Shown here: positions 24,029 through 35,336 of the stretch, piece by piece | How positions within the stretch are numbered: the stretch's first letter is position 1 | Layout of the letters: each line of letters begins with the position of its first letter | From: Rebecca billardiae RCC1528 | Taxonomy: Eukaryota > Protista > Haptophyta | DNA: 64,000 bases | NCBI GenBank assembly: GCA_965240325.2 | Contig: OZ251235.1 | Span: forward strand, 1,116,001-1,180,000 | Direction: 5' to 3' | The notes under the pieces: generated by a model | Database searches by the model: none | The model's input: the letters and a program-made list of their open reading frames with translations, nothing else | What the model was told of the DNA's origin: nothing | Position numbers and translations under genes: made by a program

Positions 24029-24527
24029 GTTTTTTTAATACTGAAATCATCAGATCGATCTAAAAAGAGACCCGCGACCGCGTCACAGAATACAGTGACA
24101 GTACCCCGACTGTACGGTGTACCCGTGTGCGTGAGCTCTACGGTGACTGTAGTCTGCTCTGAGTCATGAGACGATGAGTCACTTCTGAGTGAGGCTTCGT
24201 ATCAGCTATATACTAACTGCTATATAGGTGACAGGCGATCACGACGATGATGCTGCTGACGATTGCGCGCATCAGCCGAGTGAGGGCGAGGGCCATCGAC
24301 GCCGCGCCATCACCATACTCTGATGAGCCAAAGTTGTCATCAGATCTGATCGTGCATAGAATCCCGCAGCCTGACGCCTGCGCCGCTCGACGGCTCGTCC
24401 GCCGACGCGGACGTGTGATCGATCACTTGGGCATTCGCACCACCGGCGTCCTTGCTCCGCGCCTGGCGGCTGGGCGCGTGGTGCCACGCAGCCCGCGGCC
24501 CGTCCGGCGGTCGACCAGGTTCACTCT

Positions 24528-27232
24528 TCAGCGCCTGCTCGGCGAGTACCCGCCTCCGGAGCGCGAGTACCACTGCACGCCCGCGCCCGCGCGGTGCGCC
24601 GCGCGCTCGCCGCCCCCGCCATACCCATGGCCGTTGAGTTCGTCGTCGTACGCACCGCCGCCCTCGTCGCCATACGCGCCTCCGCCGTCGTCGGCGTAGC
24701 CGACGGGCTGCTGCTCCTCCCCCGGCAGGTCCATCTCGGCCGCCAGGTCCTCCGGCTGCAGCCCGTACGTGTCGAGCACGTTCGACTCGTGCCGCTCCGC
24801 CCACATGTCCGCCGCCTCCTGCGACGCGTGCTGCAGCTCGTCCGCGGACACGCCCGCGCGCAGCAGGAGCTCCTCGCGCTGCTCCGCGTCCAGCCGGCCC
24901 TCCTCCACAAAGCGCTTCACCGGGATGCGCCTGCGCCGTGCCGGGCGCGCGCGCGGGGCGAGCCAGCGTGCACGCGCCGCAGGAGGTGAGCGGTCGCGCG
25001 CGACGGCCGCGGTCGCGCGCGCGGGCAGTCAGTCGCGCGGTGGCGCGAGCATGAGTGAGTGCGTGCGCGCACCTGTGCCGCCTCGCGAGCTCCCAGTCCG
25101 CCATCCTGACCGACGACTCACGGACCAGCGTGTCGGTGAGCGTGAGCGGCGCGCCGCCGTCGCCGGGCACGCCGTCGCCCTCGACGCCGCGCTCGAACTC
25201 GCGCACGTGCACCATCGCAAAGCGCAGGCGGGGCTTGGCCGCGCCCGTGCGCGGCCGCGCGGCCAGCCCCACCCGGCCGGGTGTGCTGGCTCGGCTCGGC
25301 CGCCGTCGGAGCACGCTGCGACCGGGCGGGAGCGTGCGGTGCCGGGGGACCGAGCTCGCGCGCGGCGCGTCGAGCGGGCCGCCGCCGCCGAGCGCCCCGC
25401 TGTCCAGCGACCTCGACGTCGCTGCGCCGTCGTCGCTTGCGTAGCCGCCGTATGCGGGCGCGGGCGAGTGAGTCCGCGCGCTCTGAGCGCCCCAACCGCT
25501 GTCAGCGCTCGCGCGCGCGCGCGCGCCGGGCGCTCCGAAGGGCGAGGGCGGGCGGCGCGGCGGCAGGCTTGGGCGGAGGGCGTTGTCGCGCTCCGGCGGC
25601 GGCGCGGGCGGCGCGTGCTGCTGCTCGTCCGTGCGCGAGACCAGCGGCGCCGCGCCGAACTCGAGCGAGTCGCGCGCCCGCAGCGCGACGCCACCCGCGG
25701 GCTCTGCTCCGCCCCTCGAGGGCACAGACTGCGCGCGCGCGCGGCCCGCCGAGCCGTACGCGCCGCCCGTGCGCGCGCCCGCCGAGGAGCCCGCGCTCGG
25801 CCCGCTCGCGCTGTATGCGCGCGCGGCCGCGAGCGCCGAGGCCTTCACCGAGGGCGAGGTCACCGCCGAGCGCATGCTCGGCGCCGAGCGTGGCCGCGAC
25901 GCCTGTCCCCACATGGGCGCGCGGCGGCGCGGGCGGCGCGGGCGCGGCGCGTGGCGCGTGAGCGCTGTGGGCACGGGGGCGGGCGGCCGCGGCGTGGCGC
26001 GCGACGAGCGAGGCGCGCACCGACGGCGGTCTTGACAACGAGGGGCTCGACAGCCGCTCGAACGCGCTTGGCGCTCTGTGCTCCTCACGCTCCGCTGCGG
26101 CCACGGCCGCGCCGCCGTCGGCGCCGCCCGGCGCGCCCGGCGTGTGCAGCTGCAAGCCGAGGAGCTCGGCGCAGAAGTCGTGGCCGTCGAAGCCGCCGAA
26201 GATGAGGACGGTGGGCCCGGGCGGCTCGTCGTCCGACGCCGCGCCCCACGCCTCCGTCGCCGCGTCGCCCGTCGTCAGCGCCACCACGGAGTGGTTGGAG
26301 CGCGCGCGCGGCAGGTCATCGCCGCGTCGCCACGTAGCGCGAGAGAGGTCTACGTCGATCGCGGCGTGGAGCGCGGTGGTGCCGTCGGCGCCGAAGCCGC
26401 CGAAGACGAGGAGCCGCCCGCCGGGCAGCGGCGCGAGGTGGTGGTACGCGAGCGCGGGGAACGGCGAGCCCGCCGCCGACCACGCGAGCCTCGTCCACCG
26501 TCCCGCGGTCGTGTGCAGCGTGTATGCGTCGTTCAAATATTCGTACCCGTTCCGCCCGCCGACGACGAGCATGGCGCGCTGCACGGTGGCGGAGGCGTGG
26601 AAGGCGCGCGGCGGCGGGGGCGAGCCGTCCACCCGCCCCGCCGGCGCCCAGCGCATCGTGTCCGCGTCGAAGTGCCACAGGTCGTTGAGCGCGCCGCGCG
26701 TGTTCGAGCCGCCAAACATCACAAACGTCGCGTGCGAGCTGGGCACGCGCTCGAGCGAGTGGCCGCAGCGCGGCGTGGGCAGCATCGGCGCGGCGCCGCC
26801 GGTGGACGGGTTCGCCGCCATCGACGAGCACAGCGTCGCGCCGCCGCCGCCCGCGCCGTGCGCCCACTGGAAGCGCAGGATATAGCTGTCGTTGTACCAG
26901 CGGTACTCGTTGTCGTCCGCGCCGCCAAACAGGATGGCGGCGGTGTCGGAGAGGCGGACGAGCGCGTGGCCAAAGCGCGCGGCGGGCACATCTCCCGACG
27001 GGTGCACGCGCTCCCAGCGCCACGGCCGCGCGCGCCCGCTCCCCAGCGCGCTGAGCACGTACATGTCTTCGAGCGGCCCGTGCGCAGAGTTGCCGCCATG
27101 CACGACCACATGGCGGCCGAGGGCGACGCAGCAGTGGTCGGCGCGCGGCGGCGGCGGCGCGCCGACGGCGTTCGGCTCGAAGAAGCGCCCCTGGCGCGGC
27201 TTGGGCGACTGCGGCCGGTCGAATCTGCTCAT
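24528..27232 (-). CDS. Kelch-repeat beta-propeller protein with a C-terminal CSRNP_N-like/RVxF-type motif
   Basis: Six kelch blades (PPPRADH..VVHGG, ARFGH..ILFGG, PRCGH..VMFGG, PRAFH..VVGG, LAYH..LVFGG, RSNH..LIFGG). Introns at 25903-26020 and 24931-25072 restore frame. Tail RLRFAMVHVREFERGVEGDGVPGDGGAPL. Confidence 0.8.
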
Positions 27233-27461
27233 GCCGCCCGGCAAGCCCGCGCAAGCGCGAGGGGGCGCGTTTGTGCGAGCGCCCTCGCTGCAGCCCTTTG
27301 AGTGCAGGCAAATAGCCGTTTCAGAGCTGAGAAAGTCAAAAGAATGCGAAAGCGCGTTGGCGGTTTTCTCCTTACCGTAATCCCTGCCCGAGATCGTATC
27401 TCGTTCTGGCGGAGCTCGCCGTCTTTGCACGTCCAGCCATCGCGTCATTATCTCCGCCGCC

Positions 27462-28115
27462 ATGCCGAAGGCGCTGGCGATGCTCAGCGCGCTCGCCGCC
27501 TCGGTTGGCGTGGCTTCGGCCGTGCGCGTCGTGAGAGATCCGGTGACACCAATCGGCCGCCGCACCGCCCTGGCCAGCGCCGCGTCCGCGGGCTGCGCGC
27601 TCGCACTCGGCTCGACCCCGCGCGCGGCGCTCGCCCGGCCCGAGGGCGTCAACAAGCCGGAGCTGCTGCCAAAAGAGAAAGTGAACGTGATCGACCTGGA
27701 GAACTGGCTGACGAAGGCGGAGCGCAGTCGCCTCGAGAAGATCATCGCCTCGCTCGAGAAGGAGACGCAGTTCAAGCTGCGCGTGCTCACGCAGCAGTAC
27801 CCGCGCACGCCGGGCCTTGCGGTGAAGGACTACTGGGCGGTGGATGACTCGACGATCGTGCTGGTTGGCGACCTGGGGGTGAACGGCAAGATGCGCGCGA
27901 ACATCCTCAACTTCAACGTGGGCGCCGGCATCCCGCTGCCCAACGTCTTCTGGTCGCGGCTGCAGTCCAAGTACGGCAACACCTTCTATGTGAAGGACGA
28001 GGGGAAGGACAGCGCAGTGCTGCGCGCGGTGGAGGCGATCTCCGACTGCCTGCGCCGCGGCGAGCCGTACTGCAGCTCGCCGCCCAACACGGCGGGCGAG
28101 ACGCTGACGCTCTGA
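27462..28115 (+). CDS. Thylakoid lumen TPM-domain protein (15.0 kDa lumenal protein 2-like)
   Basis: Signal peptide, then twin-Arg GRRTAL and hydrophobic stretch ending ALA; mature RPEGVNKPELLP...KLRVLTQQYPRTPGLAVKDYW...NILNFNVG...FWSRLQSKYGN. Confidence 0.85.
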   Translation: MPKALAMLSALAASVGVASAVRVVRDPVTPIGRRTALASAASAGCALALGSTPRAALARPEGVNKPELLPKEKVNVIDLENWLTKAERSRLEKIIASLEKETQFKLRVLTQQYPRTPGLAVKDYWAVDDSTIVLVGDLGVNGKMRANILNFNVGAGIPLPNVFWSRLQSKYGNTFYVKDEGKDSAVLRAVEAISDCLRRGEPYCSSPPNTAGETLTL

Positions 28116-28437
28116 GGTCGCGCTGGTCGTCGCAATCGAGGCGCTAGGTAGGACTTCCGGACCTGACCAGGGTCGGTAGTTGGACGTGCCAGGACACGGT
28201 GACGGTGTCGGTGGGTCCACACTCCACATCTCACTCAAAGCAAAAGGTCTCTGTGCAGAGTCGTGACCAATCGAACGGAAGGTGTGACAAGTGACAACTT
28301 TTTCTTTTTCTCAACGAAATAATGGCTGGAAGGCCGTGGCCGCCCGGCGTCGGCAAACCTACTGCTGCGTGTCTGCAGGCGCCCGAGGGCAAGCCAGGCA
28401 GGCGCGTCTCGCCTTCTCCGCACGCGAAGTGAGCAGC

Positions 28438-29781
28438 ATGCAGTCACTCGCGGACCGATTCTTCCTCGCCGTGATGGGCCAGGAGTGGATCGTCGTGAAG
28501 CACCAGCTGCAGGCCATCGCGAGCAATCTGCTGTCATGGTTTCTCGTGCTCGTGCGCGTGCGGCGGCCGGCGCTGCGCATGCCGTCCCACGGCATGCCGC
28601 AGTCGTCGGCCCGAGCGGTGCAGATCTTGTCCCCTGGCGGCTTCGAGCGGTTCACACTGGCCAACCTGGACGATGCTGACTCGCAGGGGCGGGTACTCGC
28701 CACCGTCGGCTACAACGTGCGCACCGGCGTTGACCGCGTGCCCGGATGCGCGTCGCTCGTGCGGCTCTCGCTCTCGACGGGCGTGGGCTTGCCCGACGAC
28801 TGCGCGCTCGTGCGCACGCACGCTTTCTCGGTGAACTATGCCGACGTGACGATCCGATGGGGCCTCTACGAGAGCGCCATCCGCTACGTGGGCTACCCGA
28901 TTGTCCCCGGCTTCGACTTCTCGGGCACGGTCGAGATGGCAGGCAAGCGCTGCCGTGTGCGCCGCGGCGACCGCGTCTCGGGCGTCACGTTCTTCGGCGC
29001 GTACTCGGAGCGGCTGCTCGTGCCCGACCGGCAGCTCCGAGCGTCGCCGCCGAGCCTCTCCGCGCTCGAGGCGGCGGCGCTGCCCTCCGTCGCGGGCACG
29101 GCGCTGCACGCGCTCGCCCTCGCCGGCTTCTGGCCGCGGCAGCCGCTCACGCGGCCGAGGGCGGTGCTGGTGCACAGCGCGGCGGGCGGCGTGGGCTCGA
29201 TGCTGGTGCAGATGGCGCGCCAGCTCGGCTGCGAGCCGATCGTCGCGGTCGTCGGCGCGCCGCACAAGGCGGAGACGTGCCGCTCGCTCGGCGCCCACGT
29301 CGTGATTGACAAGTCGACGCAGGACCTGTGGGCCGCCGCGCGAGAGGCCGCGCCGGCCGGCTTTGCGGCGGTCTTTGACGCGAACGGCGTGGCCACGCTC
29401 GCCGATTCGTACGCGCACCTCACGCGCACGGGCACGCTTGTGTGCTACGGCTTCCACTCGAACCTGCCATCCTCGGCGATGCTCAACCCGCTCGCGTGGG
29501 CGCGCATGGCGTTCTCACTCGCGCGCATGCCCAAGTTCGATGCGCTCGACCTGGTGCTCAACTCGCGCACGATCGCCGGCTTCAACCTGTCCTTCTTCGC
29601 TGACGAGCTCGAGCTGGTCGATGCGTACATGGAGCAGATCCACACCTGGGTGCGCGAGGGCAAGCTGCAGATCGCGCGGGTGACGCAGTTCGACCTGAGC
29701 GAGCTGCCGCGGGCGCACGACCTCATCCAGTCCGGCCAGAGCGTCGGCAAGATTGTGTGCACGACCGCGTCGGCCTCGTGA
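28438..29781 (+). CDS. VAT-1-like NADPH:quinone oxidoreductase (MDR family)
   Basis: AFSVNYADVTIRWGLY, VPGFDFSGTV, VLVHSAAGGVGSML, VFDANG, AHDLIQSGQSVGKIV. Confidence 0.85.
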   Translation: MQSLADRFFLAVMGQEWIVVKHQLQAIASNLLSWFLVLVRVRRPALRMPSHGMPQSSARAVQILSPGGFERFTLANLDDADSQGRVLATVGYNVRTGVDRVPGCASLVRLSLSTGVGLPDDCALVRTHAFSVNYADVTIRWGLYESAIRYVGYPIVPGFDFSGTVEMAGKRCRVRRGDRVSGVTFFGAYSERLLVPDRQLRASPPSLSALEAAALPSVAGTALHALALAGFWPRQPLTRPRAVLVHSAAGGVGSMLVQMARQLGCEPIVAVVGAPHKAETCRSLGAHVVIDKSTQDLWAAAREAAPAGFAAVFDANGVATLADSYAHLTRTGTLVCYGFHSNLPSSAMLNPLAWARMAFSLARMPKFDALDLVLNSRTIAGFNLSFFADELELVDAYMEQIHTWVREGKLQIARVTQFDLSELPRAHDLIQSGQSVGKIVCTTASAS

Positions 29782-31267
29782 GTCGCCGGCATGATCAGCA
29801 AAACACATCGCGGCGGCAGGCTATCGCGCTGTCGCCTGTCGGACCGCCTGCGCCGCGTGACGAGCCTGCGGTTCAAGCTCCGCGCGACCACAATGGTGGT
29901 CCGGGGCCACAGTGGATCTTGTCACACGGTCTCGCCCGGTGACGGGGCGACTCCCGGGCCCCGTGAAGCGAGCGTTATTGCTGCACGCTTCGTCGGCGGC
30001 CGGCCGTGCAGTGGGCAGCTTATGCGCTTACCGTTGACTAGGGCTCTGCTGTGACGAACTTCGGAGTTGGCAGCACTACTAACTACGGGCCAGCGCAGCT
30101 GTGAAGTGTGATGCTGCCACTAGGCGGACTAGCCTTGCACGGTCAGTCGGCGGTCGACTACGGGCCTCACGTCATCTCAACTGTCTACGTTACCGTCTAC
30201 ATACGACATATTACATATGCCGACGCAGCTCAGGCAATCAGCGACAGCTCCTGCGGCCCGCTGCCGAGTGCGGGCCCGGCCCGCTGGCCGCCGCCGTGCC
30301 GCGGTTCCGCGGTTTGGACTACGGAGTACGGCGACCCCCAGGCTTCGGAGGCCCTACTCGGAGTCATCATGAATCGGGGCGGCTTTGAAGATCTGTCTCG
30401 GTGAACTCATTCATCATGCGGGCCGCTGACGTCAGCAGTAGCTACATTATGGGGACTCAACCGAAGCCTTATAGCAGGAGCCGGCGGCGGTCGACGCGAG
30501 TATTGAGACATCGTCAGAGCAATCCGGCTCCGCGCGGTCCCGGTCTGACCCGGAGATGAGTCTGACGGCGACACCTTACGTGCCCGACGTGCGGCCAACC
30601 TCTACTAGTATAGAGTATATATATCTAGTGTGCAGCAATAGCAGTTTTTTTACGTCGAAGCGTAATAAGGTAAAGTCGTATGAGTAGCTAGCTTTTGGAC
30701 TCAGCGGGAGCGGGCTTGGCGTGGACAGTGTGGACCTTGGACTTCGGTCTCGGACCGCGCGGGCGTGATGACATCACTGATGACCGTCGGATCGTCGGTC
30801 CGTCGGACTGACGGTCGGTCGCGGACTACTCCGAGACCGAAGGCTCGGAGGCGCGGCCAGCAGCGCGCAGATATCGATCAGTATTGTCACTCGGAGTCGT
30901 CCAGATGTCAGATTGTGAGATGCTGATGTCTCCGCATCGGGCCATCGGCGACAGAACTTTGGCAGGCAGATATCGTCCTATATAGCAACTGCCGGACCGT
31001 ATAGTGCCTATAGTTTAATGCCCGCCCTTATGATCATCGGGCTTATATGAGTTATGGCCGCGGACAGATGATGCTGATGAGTGATCTTATTAAAGAATAA
31101 AGACTAAAGTGTCCGAGATGTGAATGTCTGTCAGATCACTGATCAGCCAAGTGACACTATAGTGTCAGTGACTGTCTGAGATGCCGCGGTAACCGGATCA
31201 TTCCGCCGGATCACATCCGTGACGACGAGTATATTATAGCGCAGGCATCATCACAGTGCAGTCCCAG

Positions 31268-31315
31268 CAAAGGACCATCAAATAGGGACCATCAAAGGTA
31301 TTTGACGGTCCTTTG
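31268..31315. mobile_element. 48-bp transposon remnant or excision footprint with CA...TG ends and a 7-bp TSD (P-element-like)
   Basis: GTCCCAG-[CAAAGGACCATCAAATA GGGACCATCAAAGG TATTTGACGGTCCTTTG]-GTCCCAG; the 17-bp arms are inverted with 1 mismatch. Confidence 0.65.
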
Positions 31316-31741
31316 GTCCCAGTTTGGCTGTTTGCGCAGAACCGGATCAGCTTAGCTGAGCTTGACACGTTGCCTCTGAGAGCGATGGTGCGGTTGACTG
31401 CACGACGGCCTCGCCAGTGCTGACCGCAGCAGCAGGCGCGCGGCTTAGACCCGTGTGCGCCATCGGCCTCGCACGTCGGCTGGAGCCAGGAGGCAGGCTC
31501 AGTCGAGAGGCAGGCCCTGCAGGCTGCCCTCAGGCTGCAGGCTGCAATAGATAGGCACGCGTGCGTGCGGTGCGGTACGGGGGCACGCGCGTGCGACAGG
31601 CAGCGCGGCAATGCGCATCATCGGTTGCTCGCCGACAGCGGCGCCCTCGAGTGCGCGGCGCGCGCGGCAGGCCGCAGTGCACGGCGGTGGCGCGCGTGCG
31701 CACTGGGGCGGAGCCGCCCGCGTCGCCGTGCCCTGCAGCGC

Positions 31742-32665
31742 TTACTGCAGGATCGGCGAGATGGGGCCGTAGAAGAGCACGAGCCACGCCAGCGGCAAGA
31801 ACGGGAGGGCCTGCAGCCATGGCCGCTTGTTCACCTGCTCCTTCGCCCAGCCGGAGAGCGTCTTGACCTTCTCCTTCTCCCATTTGCTCGCCTCGTTGCC
31901 GGTGGCCTCCCACTTCTTCTGCGCCGTCTTGAGGGGCGGCTCGGCCACGCTCTTGCCCAGCTGCCACAGCTTGGAGGGCACGGCTTTGAGCAGGTCCCAC
32001 GCCTCCTTGCGGAAGCTGTACGCGATGGTCGCCAGCACGATGACCTCGACGGCGATGATGAACGCCTCCTCCCTGGACGCGAAGATCCGCACGCACTGCT
32101 CGCGGTTCGAGCGCCAGAAGCCAACGTCCTGCGCGCCCGTGAGCTGCGCGCAGATGTGCGCGAGCGACTGGCCCTCCCAGAAGCCGAACGTGCCGATGTG
32201 CGTTCTAAACGACGGGCCGGTACGATAGAGCTTGCGCAGCACGGAGCGCAGCAGGAAGAAGCGCCCGACGAAGAGCACGACCAGCGCGAGGAAGGCCATG
32301 GCCCACCACGGAGCGCCGTCGCTCTTCGGCTTGGGCGGCGAGACGGAGAGGATGAGCTCGACCGACTCGTTCTCGGAGGTGACTGCGGGCATGCGCGCGA
32401 GCACGTCGATCGGGACAAGCTCAGTGTACTCCGCGTCGTCCGCGCCAGTGTGCTTGAGCTGCACGCCAATCAGCTCGTACTCCTTGTACTCCTTGTCGTA
32501 CTTCTTGAGCTCGTCCTTGAAGACGTGCTTGAGCGCGGCCTTGAGCGCGCCCGCGTCCATGCCCGGCGCCACGGCGAGGTGCTTTGGCTTCCCCTTCTCC
32601 AGGAAGACCTTCACCGTGGGTGGCAGGTCCTTCTTGTCCTTCGCGCCACGAGTCGTCGGCGGCAT
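31742..32665 (-). CDS. Hypothetical multi-pass membrane protein
   Basis: Host-like codon use, Lys-rich N-terminus, three hydrophobic segments and LYRTGP...GFWEG...ICAQLTG...FW...C. The stop overlaps a GTAAG donor-like site, so a further 3' exon is possible. Confidence 0.65.
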   Translation of the reverse strand: MPPTTRGAKDKKDLPPTVKVFLEKGKPKHLAVAPGMDAGALKAALKHVFKDELKKYDKEYKEYELIGVQLKHTGADDAEYTELVPIDVLARMPAVTSENESVELILSVSPPKPKSDGAPWWAMAFLALVVLFVGRFFLLRSVLRKLYRTGPSFRTHIGTFGFWEGQSLAHICAQLTGAQDVGFWRSNREQCVRIFASREEAFIIAVEVIVLATIAYSFRKEAWDLLKAVPSKLWQLGKSVAEPPLKTAQKKWEATGNEASKWEKEKVKTLSGWAKEQVNKRPWLQALPFLPLAWLVLFYGPISPILQ

Positions 32666-32895
32666 GCTGCTCGATTCGGCCTGCAGCTGCTCTCGCGCAG
32701 TTTGCGCTGGCCCGTTCGGCACAGCTGGCACTGCGGTGGCTCCGACTCGCTGGGCGACTTCACAGTGAAGAGTGGGCGAACGCACCTCGCCTTCGCGGCC
32801 ACTCGCAGATGAATCCGGTTGCTCGGGACCCGGGAGCGCAGGACTCGACACTCGCCTCGGCGAAGCGGAGCTTGCTGCGCCTCGGCGCGAAAGCC

Positions 32896-33578
32896 ATGGG
32901 CGCCGCGGAGAGCAACGAGGTGGGGGCAGCCGATGTGAGCGAGTCCTACAACGTCCGGGTGCGCGCTCACTCGCCTTGCTCGCGTGCGCATCGCCTCCCA
33001 TGGCACTGCTCGGCTGACCCCGCGAGCCCCGCGCGCGATCGTGCCATCCTGAGTGCAGGTATCAGCACGATTGCTCGAGAGGCTGCAAGCAGCGGACGAG
33101 AGCCCACACACGACGGTGCAGATGACGGGCGCTGAGCGGCGGCAGCTCGTCGAGGCTGCGTACAATGAGGTGCCGGCCAGCGCTCCCAGTGCGCGACGTG
33201 CGTGCGTGGCTGGCGCGGCGCCGCTCACTTGGCGCGCCCAACCCCTTTCCCGGCGTGCAGGGCGCGAGCGCGGTGCACCAAAAGATGATCGAGCTGTTCC
33301 AGCGCGAGCAGCAGAAGGCGAATGAGGACCTGGCGGAGCTACATGCGCGCGTCGAGCACCCCGCGCTCGACGCAGTGGAGGCCAAGGTGGCCAAACTGCA
33401 TGACCGCGAGTACCGCGCACCGTCCCGAGACGTGCCGTGCGCCGACGAGCGCAGCGAATGCCTGCGCTGTCTGCAGGCGAACGGGGACGCACCGCTCAGC
33501 TGCGCCGACAAGGTCGCCGCTCTGGATAAGTGCGCCCAGGCGGTGAGCAAGGTGCACTTGCGATCGAGCACCGAGTAG
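32896..33578 (+). CDS. MIC19/CHCHD3-like mitochondrial twin-CX9C coiled-coil protein
   Basis: Exons 32896-32919, 33059-33169, 33261-33578 in frame. N-terminal MGAAES myristoylation-like motif, coiled coil, C-ADERSECLR-C ... C-ADKVAALDK-C. Confidence 0.7.
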
Positions 33579-34514
33579 CTCGCTGGCCGCGCTGCTCGTT
33601 TGGAGCCTGCGAGTGCCCTGCGTGCACGCTCGGTCAGCTCGGCCACTTGCGTGCAGCGCTGGCAGACCCTCCGTGGTGGCCGATCCACGACGTGATGTCT
33701 TGGACGGCGTGCCTGCCCCGGCTGGAGCTCAGGGCGTGTGTCGAACTCGTGGCGCCAAGCAGGTTCTAGCAGCTCCTAGCTACTCCCGCTCAACTACGAC
33801 GCTCCGCTCGAGGACGTGATTCGTCTGCTCGGCCTCGGTGCTGCCATTCCGACGATGTCCCGCGAACGACGTGAGGCCGAGGCTGCGTGACTCGTGAGCG
33901 GGCGAGTCTGAGCACCGAGGCTGACGAATGGACATCACTGCTGCTGTGATAAGTCGTATGGCGGCCCGCCTAGGCGCCGCAGTGACCGGGTAACTGTGAA
34001 CTCGAGCTGGGCCCCGCGGCGCGGCGCAAATGAGTAGTGCTGCCGACGCGGCCGCAGACTGAGATACATGCAGCATCATTCAGTTCACCACCATTATTAT
34101 TGTGACTGACCAACCGACTCAACCGAGCTTGCTGAAGACATTGACGACGAGGACGAATCCTGCGCTATATATACGACCCGCTTAGGATTAAGTGAGTCCG
34201 TACTGCTCATGCATCTCGGATGAATCCGAATCGTCATACGGTCGTCATAATCATATGATGATTCATCTTTCATGGCGCATCATCATCCGGCCTGGTCCAA
34301 ACATACTATACTCAGTACTCTACACTCTTAACAGCCGGCGGCTAAGCAGTGAAGCGCCGACGTCACGGGACGACGACGGGACGAGGCCAAGGGCAAGTGC
34401 AACGGAGTCCGCGAGACCGACTCGGACGGAGTCACTGAGGCATCGCGCATCATTGATATAATTCATCATCAGAATTTCAGAGTTTGCTATTATAGTAGCT
34501 ACTGCTGCTACTTG

Positions 34515-34607
34515 TTTAATTCCCCTTTATAACGGGCTCCGGGTGATCACGGACTGGCGGCCGAAGCCTCCACTGGCTCCAGCCCTACCCAGTACCCTGG
34601 CCAGCCC
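34515..34607 (-). mobile_element. Degenerate short copy of the poly(A) retroposon carrying two 5-bp duplications
   Basis: TTTAATTCCCCTTTATAACGGGCTCCGGGTGATCA...GAAGC-CTCCA-CTGG-CTCCA-GCCC-TACCC-AG-TACCC-TGGCCAGCCC. Confidence 0.75.
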
Positions 34608-34840
34608 TTCCGGATGATGCTCCAGCCCGACCCCGGTCAGCCCTACCCGCGGCCCCTTACGTATTTACAGACGGTCTCTGCTGGAGACCGTCTCTGGGGA
34701 GCCCGCGGGTCATCTGATTTATTCTGATTATTCGCGGATAATAATGCTCCGCCAGACTACTACTATTTAATGGCAATATCGTCAATATGACAATGCTGCG
34801 CCTTTATATATTCCCGGCACCGGCGAATATGACAGCAGTA

Positions 34841-35336
34841 GGCTCTGGCTCTGGTTGACCCCTGCCAGTCCGGTCATAGAAACCGGGCGTACCGAAAATC
34901 AAAATGATCTTCGCATTCCTGCGGCCGAATGAACGCCCGAAGTGTCCCACAGGGCCCCACGTAGGGTTGCTATGGATGGCCAATAAGTGGCAGTGCCCAG
35001 GGTGTGAAACTCAGTTTGTGACTACTTCAGACTCAATTTTTCATAGCTATTTACCCAGTCTGGTGACACATTTCCAATAGCTACGGGTGCATCCGGATCG
35101 CTCCCGGACCGTCACCGCGTTCTGACCGGAGTCTGAAATGGGTAAATACATAGTAAAATAGAGTCTGAACTATAGAGGAAGTGCTTGTTGGCGCCCAATA
35201 ATATCGCTCTGACGGTCATCATCTACTCATCTAGCAGCATCCATTGAGGTCCTCCTACGTGCAGTAGTTTCACGAGTGACTTCATGAAGGAGCTCACAGT
35301 GCCCGTCTCTGGCAGGGGTCAACCGAAGCCAGAGCC
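34841..35336. mobile_element. MITE, 496 bp, with 28-bp TIRs and a 4-bp TSD (AGTA)
   Basis: GGCTCTGGCTCTGGTTGACCCCTGCCAG (34841-34868) vs CTGGCAGGGGTCAACCGAAGCCAGAGCC (35309-35336), 2 mismatches; AGTA at 34837-34840 and 35337-35340; AT-rich non-coding interior. Confidence 0.8.
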
